DNA of 63,504 nt, the filler included, from Eremomyces bilateralis CBS 781.70 (taxonomy: Eukaryota): the NCBI GenBank assembly GCA_010015585.1. It is 5 parts of 4 records of this genome, joined end to end, with 100 filler letters (N's around TTAATTAATTAA, not from the genome) between each part and the next. Parts side by side here need not be neighbours in the genome. Positions count along the whole stretch, not along the records: positions 1 to 30,848 come from ML975153.1; positions 30,949 to 51,013 come from ML975154.1; 3 more parts are not named here. One strand, given 5' to 3'. A model generated the notes under the pieces. The model was not told the origin of the DNA, did no database searches, and saw only the letters and a program-made list of their open reading frames with translations. The translations under genes were made by a program, and so were the position numbers. This document shows positions 22,269 to 34,036 of the stretch, piece by piece (position 1 is the stretch's first letter; each line of letters begins with the position of its first letter).

Positions 22269-22873
22269 CTACCAATTCATCTTAAAGTTCCCCTCCATCT
22301 CCGAATGGAAATCCGGCACCTCTCTCGTCTCATTCCCTAATCATCGTTAGCCGCATCCCCCAACCCATCCTCATCCAAGCACTTACCAACAAACACATCC
22401 TCCCATGCCACATCCATCTCCCTCCCCTCCAACACCTCCCGATGCACCGCCGCCGTCCCTCCCACCATCGCCGGCGCCCACTCGCCCGCTCCGACAATTT
22501 GTAGCTCCATCCCGCGCTTCACCGGCTCCGCGATCCCGTACACCCGGCGCAGCGTCTCCATCTTCAAGGCGTCCTGCGTCGCGCGCCACTGCATCAGGCG
22601 GGCTTCGAGCGGATGGGAGGTGATGGGGGTGGGCGTCGCGGTGGCGGCGGGTTTCGAGGAGGTGGATGAGGGGGTGAGGGTCGCGGTGAGGTCGAGGTGG
22701 CCGCGGAGGGTGTCGGGGACGCCGGGGGCTGAAGGGGCGGATGGGTGGTTGGGGGTTTGGGTTGCGTTAGAGGATGAGGGGATGAAGCGGAGAGACTGTG
22801 GTGGTTAGTTTGGGGTTCGGTGATGGGGATGAGGATGGGGTGGGAGGAGGATGGTGTTGCTGGGTCTTACCAT
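22269..22873 (-). CDS. UMP1: Proteasome maturation factor
   Basis: Exon 1 is the ATG only; HPLEARL..W...LRRVYGIAEPVKRGMEL...FHSEME; introns 22796-22870 and 22337-22386. Confidence 0.92.
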
Positions 22874-23357
22874 TTTGTATGTTTGTATTCTGATGATCTT
22901 CTATAAGTGTAGATGGTTTCCCTGGTGAATTCACAGTTGGTTGAAGCTTGAAAGGCAGTGTGTGATGGTGATGTAGATGTTGAACTCAGGATGTTTAGGC
23001 AGGAGCTCTTGCGTCGTCGCTGCAGCTTGAATGTCGGTCCACAAGCGCTTGCCGCGCGGGACTGTGCTGTTAGGCGCTTGTCCATTTACAGTTTAGCGCG
23101 TTCCTCTCCGCGTCTCCAATTGTCTTGGCGCTCGTCCCCTTCGATTTAAGCTCCATCAGTCAATCAATCTCACCCCCGACCTCCCCCATTTCACCACCAC
23201 CCCCCCAAACATTGACCTCACTCAGTCACTTCTCACTGGTAGTACTCTCGTTTGATCTAAACTAGAATCTAGCCAATTCCATCCCTCGTTCACTTCGCCT
23301 TTCAGCTGTTGCTTTCTCAGAGTTCCGCTTGTTTACAGTTTAAGAGGGGTATCAACC

Positions 23358-24453
23358 ATGTTTCGTCACGCCGTCACTCGAAGGGTGACCTTCGCTGCAC
23401 ATCAACGGACCAGCGACGTGGCGCGATTGGCGTGTCAGCTTCGACAGCTGTCGTGTGCCACGGATAAACACTCCCAGCCGAAGTCCTCGTTGCCTGTCCC
23501 CTTCCTCTCCGCGTCGCGCCGCGCATTCTCAACCACCCTCCCCCAGCTCACCCCCGCCGCCTCCACATCGGCGAAGAAGACCACGATCTCCACGTCCAAG
23601 ACCACCATCCGCAAGGCCAAACCCAAGTCGTCGGGGAAGAAAACCGCGCCGAAAAAGCCGAAGAAGAAGGTCCTGACCGAGGAGCAGCAGGCCGCCAAGG
23701 AGTCGAAGGGCCAGCGCGAGGAGATCAAGACCCTGCGGGACGCCGCCCTCCTGGCGACCGAACCGCCGCGGAAGAACGAACGCGCCTGGACGATCTACCT
23801 GAAGGAGCAGGCGCCGAAGGGCGGGAATATCACCGAGGTGGCCACGGCGGCGGCGCAGGCGTTCAAGCAACTCACGGCGGCGGAAACGGAGGTATGTCCA
23901 CCCCCGCTTCTCACCATGTCGCATATGGCCCCATACCTAACCCCCATAGCACTACAACTCTCTCGCCAACGCCAACCGCGTCGCTAACGACCGCGCCTAC
24001 GACGCCTGGGTCCAATCGCACACCCCCGAGCAGATCCGCCTTGCGAACATCGCGCGCAAGTCCCTCAACCACCGCGCCAAGAGCGGCAAGACGGGGACGG
24101 CCCACTCTGCCAAGCTGGTCCGCCCGATCAAGGATGAGCGACAGGTCAAGCAGCCGCTGAACGCGCTAATCCTATACACCAAGCAGCGATGGGAGAGCGG
24201 GGATTTGAAGGGGATTGCACCGAGTGAGGCGATGAAGTTGGTAGCGGGCGAGTGGAAGGCGCTGGGGGAGGCGGAGAAGAAGGTATGCTCGGTGAATCCC
24301 CGTGCATGTCGTGGGCAGAAGCTAATCGCGGTGTAGATATACACTGACATGCAGGCCGGTGAGGTGGCGCGGTACGAGCGTGAATACAAGCAGACATACG
24401 GACACCCGCGGCCGGCGAAACCCACTAAAGCAGGTGCCTCAGGCTCAGAGTAA
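23358..24453 (+). CDS. HMG-box protein with presequence (Abf2/TFAM-like mitochondrial nucleoid candidate)
   Basis: Arg-rich N-terminus, Lys-rich linker, two HMG-like segments (AWTIYL...FKQLT; VKQPLNALILY...EWKALGEAEKKIY); introns 23892-23949 and 24283-24336. Confidence 0.82.
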
Positions 24454-25075
24454 AGGTCTCGTCTTGCTTCAACGCTCTGAGGAACTCGGTGATCCACTCT
24501 ATGTAAAGTATTAGTACGGTGCAATGCTCTCTGGCAGTCATGTTTTCTGGGGCGAAACCGAGTTGGTACGCCAGGTCGGACAGGAGGTTCGGTTATGGGC
24601 GTGTGGATTATTTCCCTTTTCTCTTGCAGGATTCCATACCCCTTTTATCCATATGTCCACCAAGTGTAGGTTAACAGTAATTACTGTGCTGTTCGAATTG
24701 GAATGTCGTCTTCTACCTGGAACCCCCTGACTCGACGAGACACCCAGTGCGAAGGAACAGGTACCGAAAATAGAAACCATGATGATCTTGGGGGGGGGTG
24801 TAGAACATTGCATTTGAAAAGACAGCAAAATCCACTCCTCCAACACCCTGAATATGCAACGTGAACCTTCCCTCACGATCCCCATCCATCCCTCCCCATC
24901 CCCGAATTCCAGTACCCATCGTACTCCAAAACCCCCCTACCGCCGCTTCCGCCTCTGCTTTTTCCCCGACCGGGTTCGGTTAGCCTGATGCTATCAAGTG
25001 CACATTCCGTACGCCCGCTACCAAGATCCCGGGATCGGTCAGATCACTGCGCTTGTCACAGACAACAACCCTGTT

Positions 25076-26299
25076 TCAGCCGACGTCGCCCGTCCCATTC
25101 GCGTCCCGTAGACTTACCACATCACCATTTGCCCTCCCACTATCATTCCTCCGCTTCCCCGTCCCCTTCCCCTCCAACCCCGCCCCCACCACACTCCTCA
25201 CTCCCCCATCCTCCATCACATCGTCCCCCGCCCCTGCATCCACCCCCTCCTCATACCCCCCCTCATCTTCCTCGATCTCGCTCCCCTCCTCCTCGCTGTC
25301 GTCGCGGATATACACCGCCACCTCGTCCAGCTCGCTGAGGTCCGTCGGCCGGGACCGCAGCCATGTCATCCGTGGGCCGGCGCGCGAGCGCTCTGAGACC
25401 CGGAAGCCGTAGATGCGCGGGGAGTACGTCTTGCCCGGGCCGAGCCCCGGCGCGAGGTTCGAGGCAGCGATACCGTTGATTTGCGTGGGTTCTTGGGATG
25501 CGAGCCAGTTTCCACTCGACAAGTTCGCTGGGTCGGCGGCTCCGCCGTTTCCTGCGATGGTGTTAGCGGCTGTTCATCCGATGCGAGATATGTGATTCGA
25601 CAAACCTGCGGGTAGCACGGGTGGCACGCGCAGCATCTTCCCGACTTCGACCTCCGGGTAGGTCATGAAAAACAGGCACCCGAACGTGGTGCCGAAGTAC
25701 GCGCCGTCGACGCTCTGGAAGCGGGAGTTGGGCGGCGTGTAGATGTCGAGGCAGGAGGGACAGAACAGCTTGACGGTGTCGACGCCGGGGGTGTCCGAGG
25801 TGCCGACGGGGAGCACCTTGGCGGCGGCGCAGTGCACGCGGGGACACACGCCGAAATGCTGGAGTTCGTATTTTTCGGCCATTTGTTGGATGCCGGGGCG
25901 CGAGGTAATGTAGCGTTGGTGGATGAGGCCGTAGAGGAGCTCGGCGGAGGCTTCGATCACGGAAAGGTCGGAGGCGAGGCGCATGTGCTGGTGGCGTCGG
26001 GAGGCGCTACTTCGTCGATAGGGGTCGTCGGGTTTGGCAGCGCCGCGGTCGCCGTTGTCAAGCATGTCGTCGGAGACGGAGATGTCTTCTTCGTCGGTGA
26101 GGTCGTCGTCGTCGTCTTCGGGTTCGACATCGAGGATCATTTCGAGGGCCTCTTTGTACATCGGGACTTGCGACTGTAGGCCGGTGAGGTTGAAGTCATC
26201 TTCGATGAAGTCTTCGGACACTTCGGCGAAGTACTCGTGGCCGAGGATGCTGCAGAAGGAGGAGATCCATGTTTCGGCGATTTGGGATGAAGAGGACAT
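25076..26299 (-). CDS. CKB1: Casein kinase II regulatory beta subunit
   Basis: WISSFC..GHEYFAEVSEDFIEDDFNLTGL, LYGLIHQRYI, CPRVHC...CPSCLDIY, YSPRIYGFRV; 54-nt intron 25552-25605. Confidence 0.95.
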
Positions 26300-28248
26300 T
26301 TTGGGATCCTTTCCTATGATTTGCAGATAGGGATATGAAGGCCTCAAGTACGTAATAATAGGTCTGCGTGGGTTGTGGAGCCGTGTTGAGTAAACGAACG
26401 TATAGAAATTGTCGTGTGCAGCTTGTGGAGTGGAAGCCTTTGAGCGTTCAGGTTCTTTCTATGATATGACCAGCGGCGAATCAGAGTCCAATATGGCGCT
26501 CCATCTTCTTTGGAAGTTCACCTTCCTCGAACAGGTATGTGAATAATTCGTCGGCGGTTTGGAAGTCGGGACACTTCCACTGCGCACCCCTCGTTCGTAT
26601 ACCGGTGGAGCGAGACGCTAGTAGACTCTTTCGGACTCGGTGGGTGGATGTCGCAACTGCGCCGGCAGCTCGAGGATCCCAATCTCTTCGGGTGTAGATG
26701 GGTATCAATAGGTATGAACTGTAATTTTCGAGGCCTTGATGTCCTGAGGGGTCTCGCTTATCGAGGCTGGTACATGATCAATTGGAGGTCACAGTCTGCG
26801 TACTGGGTGGTGGAGGTCAGCGTCCGGCGATCCCGTCCTTACAGAGTGACAGGCGGTGGAAGGAGCACATACATCAGGGTCATCGGCTTGGACAGGACAT
26901 CGGCATATACAATGTCGGGGACGGATAGTGGCAGTGGAGAATTGGCGATATAGTTGGTAGAAAGTGAGGCCGCAACACAGCCAAGCGGGCGATGACTTGA
27001 TCCATCCCAGTTCCCACTGTCCCACCAATTCTGTTTGTCCCACCAATTTGTCCCGCAATCGCTCAGCCACACTTCATGGCCAGACCAATCTGACGCCACA
27101 GGCATGATCGGTCATCAGATAGACAATTCCAGCTACTATGGTTATCGATCTTTGTACAATCCATGGGATATATCTTCGCAAAAAATCGGATGATCAATTG
27201 TCATGTTCGGAGCCTGATTGGCTTTGACCAGTTTGTAATGTTCACCTGTCCATTAAGGGTAAGAAGGGCGAGAAAAGGGTGATGGTAATTCTAGTCACAT
27301 ATCCCCTAGCCCATTCCCCCTTTTCTTTACGACGTCCATCATTTCTACAACCAAAGGTGGTGCAACAATAACTTTCGAGTATCATAAGGTACGAAGAGAA
27401 GTACACACAGATAGCTGGCAAGTTTGCTACTGTTATCCTAGAACTCGCCCAGCTGGACACTGAAAGGAATCGGCGGCGATACTCCATTCTTTTGCAGTGC
27501 TTAGGGAAAGGGATATTACATTTCTAGACCTTCAAACACAATACCGCATATTACACAACCAGATATTACAAAATCAGAGATATATGCACTATGGCAAGAG
27601 GTGTGGTCTCACCTAGAACATTTGGCTCGAACCGAGCTGCATATTCAAGGGCAGCAGCAGCCTGGGCTGGTAAAGCTGAAAACTTCCAGGTTTCGACGGT
27701 ATCAAAATGCGGCCGTATATGATGCGTTACCAATCTAGAACATCTTTCTTTGCCTAAGGTCATCTACGAACCTGACGATAAATAGCCTAGATTGCCAGCG
27801 ATGCACCACTGGTGGCACTGAAGATATGGGTGCACGAAACTACTGTGGGCAATATGGTTGCCACCGGGCAAGGTTTTCATCGATTATGTTAATTCTAAGG
27901 ACTGGAACGACAAGCTGGTAAGGTGCCGCAGTAATGACGTTCAGGTGCTTAGAATAATTGTAGGAAATATGTAAAGATACGTGTGGATCCATCCGGGATA
28001 TGACCTCTGCTCTATCCTAGTGATGTTTACTCCGGTTGCATATCCAGTAAGGCCTCATGCCATGTATCGAGCTAGAATTCTACCGTGAGATTAGTCTCCT
28101 GCTCACACTACCGATCAAGAAGATTAGGCGAGGTTCAGTGTCTTCAGTCATCACGCCTCAGTTCTTACACACAGTGGAACTGTCTACGTCCACAACCTTG
28201 ACACAACCCCGCAACTACCAAAAGGCTATTAGTGCATTGTAATTAGAG

Positions 28249-28587
28249 TTAGGGAGGCTTTATACTAACATACCGCTGAGGCTTGAAAGGTGAGTCGTTC
28301 CAGCAGCATGTATGCAAGCAGGGAACATGGTCGGTACTACAGACGCACATTCCAGCCCTGTTCGGCCGCTGATCACATTTACAGCACCTCCAGTATCCGC
28401 CATGCTGAAAGTTCGGGCGATTCTTTTTTCCGCACAGTGCCTGAAGTTGGTTACTTACTGTCTTGCCCTGATTCTTGCACATACTCCACCAGTTGGTATT
28501 CCGATTGAAGATGGCATTCGCGCAATGGTCTGGTACACGTGTCCTATATTGTCCACAACGGTACAATTCTTCCATAGTACGCCACAT
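28249..28587 (-). CDS. Small Cys-rich putative zinc-binding protein
   Basis: 112-aa ATG ORF with many Cys including WRCCKC and CLHTCC; no signal peptide; a GTATGT donor near the end means the true 3' end may differ. Confidence 0.45.
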   Translation of the reverse strand: MWRTMEELYRCGQYRTRVPDHCANAIFNRNTNWWSMCKNQGKTVSNQLQALCGKKNRPNFQHGGYWRCCKCDQRPNRAGMCVCSTDHVPCLHTCCWNDSPFKPQRYVSIKPP

Positions 28588-29299
28588 TTCGTAACTCGAT
28601 ATGAGGATGAGGCCAGATCTACTATGTAGACTACTGGTCCAGAGAATATGCTCCTAGCGCAGTGTTGGTATGTGACTCTGATTAGGAACAGCAGAGTTTG
28701 AAAGGAAGAGAAAGATCAAAAGAGTCTGGATATTGCGGGATGTCCTAGGATTAGATAGCAAAGGATACTAGCAAATATGAGAGATAGCTGCCAATAGTTC
28801 GAAGCGTATGTGTCTAGAAGACTATATCGCTGTCTCAGTGCGTAGTCAGGGGGTATGTTCGAACTGGAGCGGAAGATATTGATTGAGAAAAGTAAGGGAG
28901 AGAGTTCATGTTGAAAATGAGTACTATTTAAGGGGGTATTTGATGTCGATGGCCGGAACTCTGACCCGAAGTTGTTACAGCGATTTCATGGCAAGTTATT
29001 ATTGTAGATTAACACTGCAAGCATAAAGATAGTTTTTGGCTAACTATCCTAATGTATGTCGCACACCTCGCGCAACTCACCGTATAAGCTGATGGCATGG
29101 ACTCGTGCGATGGGGCTTTGAAGGAGCATCTCACTATGGATAACCACGTTGCAGTAGGGATCAGGACACAAGAGCTCTTCAAGCGAGAATGGCTTACTCG
29201 GACATGATCCCTCATTTTCTGCACCGTAGAGGATTCGTAGATCGCCGTCATGCGATATATATCCTGCATATGTGAGGCAGAAGATGTTTTAGATCGGCA

Positions 29300-30060
29300 G
29301 TACTGGCGTGGGCTCAGTCAGTGGCCCCCGTTCCGGATTTGGGCCTTCCGGCGCAACATAGTCTTCCTCTTCGGCTTTTTCTTGGCCGAGGGTGCGACCT
29401 CGCCGCTGGCATTCCATGATACCGCCAAGACGTACCATCTATTTCAGAAACTCTATCCGTTCCAAAATCCGTGTAGGTCGCTGATAGCGGGATCGGAGAA
29501 GCCGGCGACTATCGCCGTTCTAACGGCCTCCACGAGGGGATGTACCGCGACCGAGAGTTTGGTTGGTATCTCGGTGTCGAAAGTAACCAGCCCCATGCTG
29601 GACCAGAGCTTCTTAAAATTTGCTTGTCGGACGGAGTTCACGCGTTTTTATGTTTGTTCGAATTACTGAACGAACGGATCGTCCGCTGGGTTGCCTTCGA
29701 ACGTTGCACGGTGTCGTACATCTGCCGGAATCCCCTTCGAAGTTTGTCCCGAAGTTCAACAGCCTCTCGGAACTAGGGTGTCTGTAGGAGGGTGCCCTTT
29801 TTGTGGTCGGGAAGGTTGGTGGGCGCACGATGGTCGCGATAGGCGCTGAGGTGCGTGATGGCCTCAATAACTGCTTATTCGAGGGGACATTAAGGAATAC
29901 AGCCTGTATATCGAGGTTCACCCGCTGGTTGATGTAATACTGGTAATTGCCGCCATCGACATAGCCCATGATTTGCTGTAGCTGGCCCTGGCTGCCGACG
30001 CATGTTGTGCACCGTCGGTTGGGTGTACTACATATCAGGCGGAAAGTAAGGGCCCAACTG
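29300..30060 (-). pseudogene. Relic DUF3435 tyrosine recombinase (Starship captain-like), C-terminal half
   Basis: Across frameshifts: QIMGYVDGGNYQYYINQRVNLDIQAVFLNVPS / EAITHLSAYRDHRAPTNLP...TP*FREAVELRDKLR..MYDTV, matching my recollection of the DUF3435 IMGH...Y...DxQxAFL..PS...RDxRAP pattern. GH>GY and TAG fit CpA>TpA RIP. Boundaries approximate. Confidence 0.72.
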
Positions 30061-30451
30061 TCGAATCTAACCAACTACACTAAATCCTCAAAAAGGGACG
30101 CCCCTCCTAGGAGACTAGGAGAGGGGTAGATATAACTTCTTGTGACACCAACACCACGTCAGAAGTCATCGCTCCTGAGGAGTGCCCGGAAGCCCGCTTG
30201 CATCCCTAGGCATCGTTGCCGCTCATTGTTCACGGTCTGCGGTAATGTGACCCCCCTTGTGAAACTAAGTTTCCGAGCATCGCCACTGAGGCGAAATAAA
30301 GTGAGACGGGCCTAAGGTTCGGAGAAACTAACCCCATTCAGGGCTTGGTAATGAGCTACGTGAGCGCAGCAACATAAGCATTGCCGCTCTCGCCACTTTC
30401 GAGAGAGTATAAAGTAATGTCGACCACAACGGAGGTGGGTGGGGTGGAGGT

Positions 30452-30848
30452 CTAGTAAGATTCAAAGTCGAATGCCATGACTGTCACGCGACCAGACCTA
30501 AATCCGAAAGCAACAACGTTGCTGTGAATATCAACGCAACACTGCCGATATTCGGAAGGAAGCCAAAGCATGTTGTTCATGCCCCAGCTTATCCATTGCT
30601 GTTTCACGAATATATCCCATGAACGGATTGATTCGGAAACAGCTAAACCGTGGGAAAGAATTGCGTCGTGCAGCTGTCCTCTTTCAGTCCAGAGGGATGT
30701 CCCATCATTGGAGAACGAAAGGGTCTGAATAACAGCGTCTACAGGGAACGTCTGCAGGGCCGTTCCCGATCCGGCGTCCCATAGCTTGACCGTGCTGTCG
30801 TCCGACGCCGACGCTACCACCTTGCCGTCCGGCGAGAAGGCCACGGCC
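30452..30848 (-). CDS. C-terminal fragment of a WD40-repeat NLR (HNWD/HET-E-like), cut by gap
   Basis: [28 protein letters not shown] followed by the typical tail WISW....LWLPSEYR...GFRSGRV. Confidence 0.85.
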
Positions 30849-30948
30849 NNNNNNNNNNNNNNNNNNNNNNNNNNNNNNNNNNNNNNNNNNNNTTAATTAA
30901 TTAANNNNNNNNNNNNNNNNNNNNNNNNNNNNNNNNNNNNNNNNNNNN
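30849..30948. other. Artificial contig linker
   Basis: 100 bp: Ns + TTAATTAATTAA (stops in all six frames) + Ns. Confidence 0.98.
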
Positions 30949-31292
30949 GCCATCATTAAGAAGATGATAATCAACTCTCTCGGAGCGAAGACGGCGCTTC
31001 CCAAGAGACATGGATAAGTCATCCATATTAAGAAAGAAGTTGCAACATATTGATATGCTTTGTATCTCTTAGAGCTCAAATCCTCTAGTTGGAGCATGTT
31101 GGGTAAACAAAAGTCGCGACTGCTGGGCATTCATTCATTGGCTCGGCTTTTGCCGAATAAGTCTTGGCATTATTTACGAATATTCGCGAATAATACGAAT
31201 AAAACGTCTCGAAATTTAGTCGAATACGAATAATCGTTCCCAGGGAAAAGTCGAATACGAATAGCCAAAATCCTTATTCGTGTCCAGCCCTA
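30949..31292 (-). mobile_element. hAT family A, 5' end
   Basis: TIR TAGGGCTGGACACGAATA (reverse complement ending at 31292), subterminal CGAATA repeats, putative transposase start MDDLSMSLGKRRLRS at 31026 running into the gap. Confidence 0.85.
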
Positions 31293-34036
31293 GTGACTGG
31301 TGCAAGTGAAGTGTGGCAGGCAACACACCAGGCCAATGGGCGAGAGGTCGGGCAAAGCGCGGCGAAATTCCGGGAGAGGGAGAAGATGAGATGTGCTTGA
31401 GGAGAGGGATCAAGGGAATGGGGGACGTACGCTTGAAACTCGCAATCGAGCACCTCCATTTCGAGACCATACTCATCGACCTTGGTCTGGCAGACGCGGC
31501 GGGACTTGGCTTCCATGCCTTCCTTCTCTTGCAGCTGGGTGATCTCATGCGCGTTGGCGATGCGGCGAATGAGCTTGGGTCGGAGTTCGAGTTCAGAGAT
31601 CTTGCAGCCGAGGACCTCTGCGCGTTTCTGAACGATCTGCTGCGCGGCGTTCTCCACGTCGTTCGGCACGGCTCCGGGAATGAGGCCTTCGGGCGCGCGG
31701 ATCTGACTGGCGCCGGCGAACTTGCGGGAGAACATGAGGAGCCAGCGGATGTGGTTCTGCGTGGACTTCTCCTTCACCACCTTCGCTTCTTCGACGGAAA
31801 TCCCGGCGGCGGTGACGCAGCCGAGATCCGTTCCGCGGTCGCCGTCGACGATCACCATGTCGCCCACTTTGGGTCGCAGGCCCACGGATTCCGGAACGTG
31901 GTAGACGTCGATGCGGTCGCACTTGAAGGCGACGGCGTAGAGGATCTTGGGTCCGAAGGTGCCGCGAGGGTTCGTATCGACATTGACAAGACGATGTTCT
32001 TCGTTGAGGCGACGTTCTTCGGCTGCCTCGTGCTGGAGACGAGCCATGGTGGCTTGGCCGCTGAAGTACCGGGCTGCGAATTGATAACTGTGAGCCTCGA
32101 TCATAGAGACGTTTTCCTTCATGATGCAATCAGGATTGTAGATGCCATCCAGATGGAGGCGACCCTCGTAAGACGACTGACGGGTGTGATTGTGTTCCAT
32201 GATGAGAAAGTGGAGTGTAGGAGATAGGGCGAAGTGAAGTGGGAGTCGGGGGGTGGTGAGCTCGCAGTAAACGCGAAGCGATGTCGCAGTAAAAATGAAT
32301 TTGACAAATTGAAAAGTGAGAAAAGGATGCTCTCAGTGTGAACAAGAGGATATAATCAACGGATATAATCAACTGAAAGAGGTTTTCAGGAATTCCTTGC
32401 GTGTTGAATGTGTAGAAACGGTTGACGAAAGAGGAAGGGAGGAAAAGGACTGAGATGGAGGTGTGATGATCAGTGCGGAATGGTGTGGAATTTGATGGCA
32501 ATGAGAGTGATTGAGAATTACTGCATCTTTATGTGATTTAAGGAATCTCTGAGTGTCTATTTTCAGAGCCCAAAGTCACAACGAGTCTGTGTGTAACAGG
32601 TCGTAGTGCAGGCGTAGATAGATCACAGATCAGTAGTAGGCTATACATAGCACAACAATGATTCTGGTGAGGTCTGCTTCCACGATGCGAAAGATGACAG
32701 TGGTGATGTAGGAGATCAGAACGATTGATATCATCGATGAGTGAGTGATCAGGATGTGCTGTTGGTTGTACTTGATCAAAGAAAGCTGGTATTATGAAAC
32801 CAGTGGTGCAGAAGTTGAAGTTGGAAGCAGAAGAAGCAGAAGAAGTGAGGGGGTTTGCGATGGAAGATTCCGGAATAGGCAACGATAGTGCATGTGTGAA
32901 GGAATGAAAACGGACTCACCATCAGTGGGTTGGGTGTCTGTGATCGTCGGCTCGACGATGCCCTCGTGCGTGTGACCATGACGTTGTGCCACCCCTTCAC
33001 CCACATGAAGGGCGGTCAGTTCACGATGCAACGGTGAACGAGTCGACAGAGCCATAGTAGAGGGGATAGCCAGCTGTGCTCCTGGTCTTGCAGGAACATC
33101 CGCAAGGGAGTGCCTTCGGCTCTGAGGAGGTTCAGGGAAGTTCCCAAATCCCAATGAGGACTGCCACATGCCCTTAGTGCCTCGACCTGCTCCGTCAGTA
33201 GTTTCTTCATATTGTCCTGGAAGCGGGGCGCGGGATGTAGAAAGGTAGTCGAGTGGCGGTGCTTCCTGGCCAGGGAGAAGTCCGGGGGGTATCACCGATC
33301 CCTGGGATCCCGTGCTTTGCCCGCCAGGGGTCAAGTCATGCGGTCGAGCAAACTGCTGAGGCCACGAGTTATCAAGCGTCGATCCAGCTTCGGGGGTCGG
33401 ATCCCACTGGGTGGCCATCGTGTCGAAGTAGTGGATGTCAGTGCCGGCGGTGTCGGGACGCGGGGTGGGTCGATCTTGCGAATCGTGACGTGCGGGACGG
33501 GAATCGGGTCGGCGGTAGACTGGACGACCTCCTGACAGCGGAGGTCGGCCTCGGCGGCTCGCTTGAGAATCGTCGAATCGCGTCTGCGAACCTCGCTTGT
33601 ACAAGTTTGGACGCTGCACGAGGTTCGCGGGTCGGAATTCGGAGGAGCCAGTGGCATCATCATCAGCGCCTTCGAGCTGTCCGACGCTGTAGGATTGAGA
33701 TCGTGTGTTCTTCATCACGGGTTGGAGAGGGTATGCGAAAGGGATCTTGCTTTGGGCGCCGTGGGAGACACTTTCCTCAGGGACGTTACCAAGCGGTTGA
33801 GGTCTTCCCCAAATACCAGAACGATCCAATCCAAGTGAATCGAAGGAGCTTCGAGGTTGAGGACGCCCCAGCCCAGGAATCTCACGACCCCATGGCTGAG
33901 AGGACACTCGCTTGATCGGGGCGGCGAAGTCTCGTTCTTCATCAGAGGACGTCAATGCCTCCGAATCTGGAGTTTTCTTCCTCTCCATCCTATTGCCAAA
34001 AGATGCCGAATTGAAGGGCTGTTTTGAATCCATCAT
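31293..34036 (-). CDS. PSP1 C-terminal domain protein, 3' end separated by hAT insertion and gap
   Basis: LYAVAFKCDRIDVY...GDMVIVDGDRGTDLG...PKLIRRIA...MEVLDCEFQ; disordered N-terminus with SQSYSVGQLE and WQSSLGF...SRRHS. Predicted intron 32074-32919; next intron starts at 31430 and is interrupted at 31293. Confidence 0.88.

Noticed and set aside
25574..25576. In-frame TGA splitting CKB1 into two same-frame ORFs (possible readthrough or editing)
   Set aside because: It lies within a canonical 54-nt intron GTTTGT...GCTAAC...GCAG at 25552-25605.
30893..30904. TTAATTAATTAA palindrome recurring four times
   Set aside because: Always centred in 100-bp N blocks; an assembly linker, not biology.
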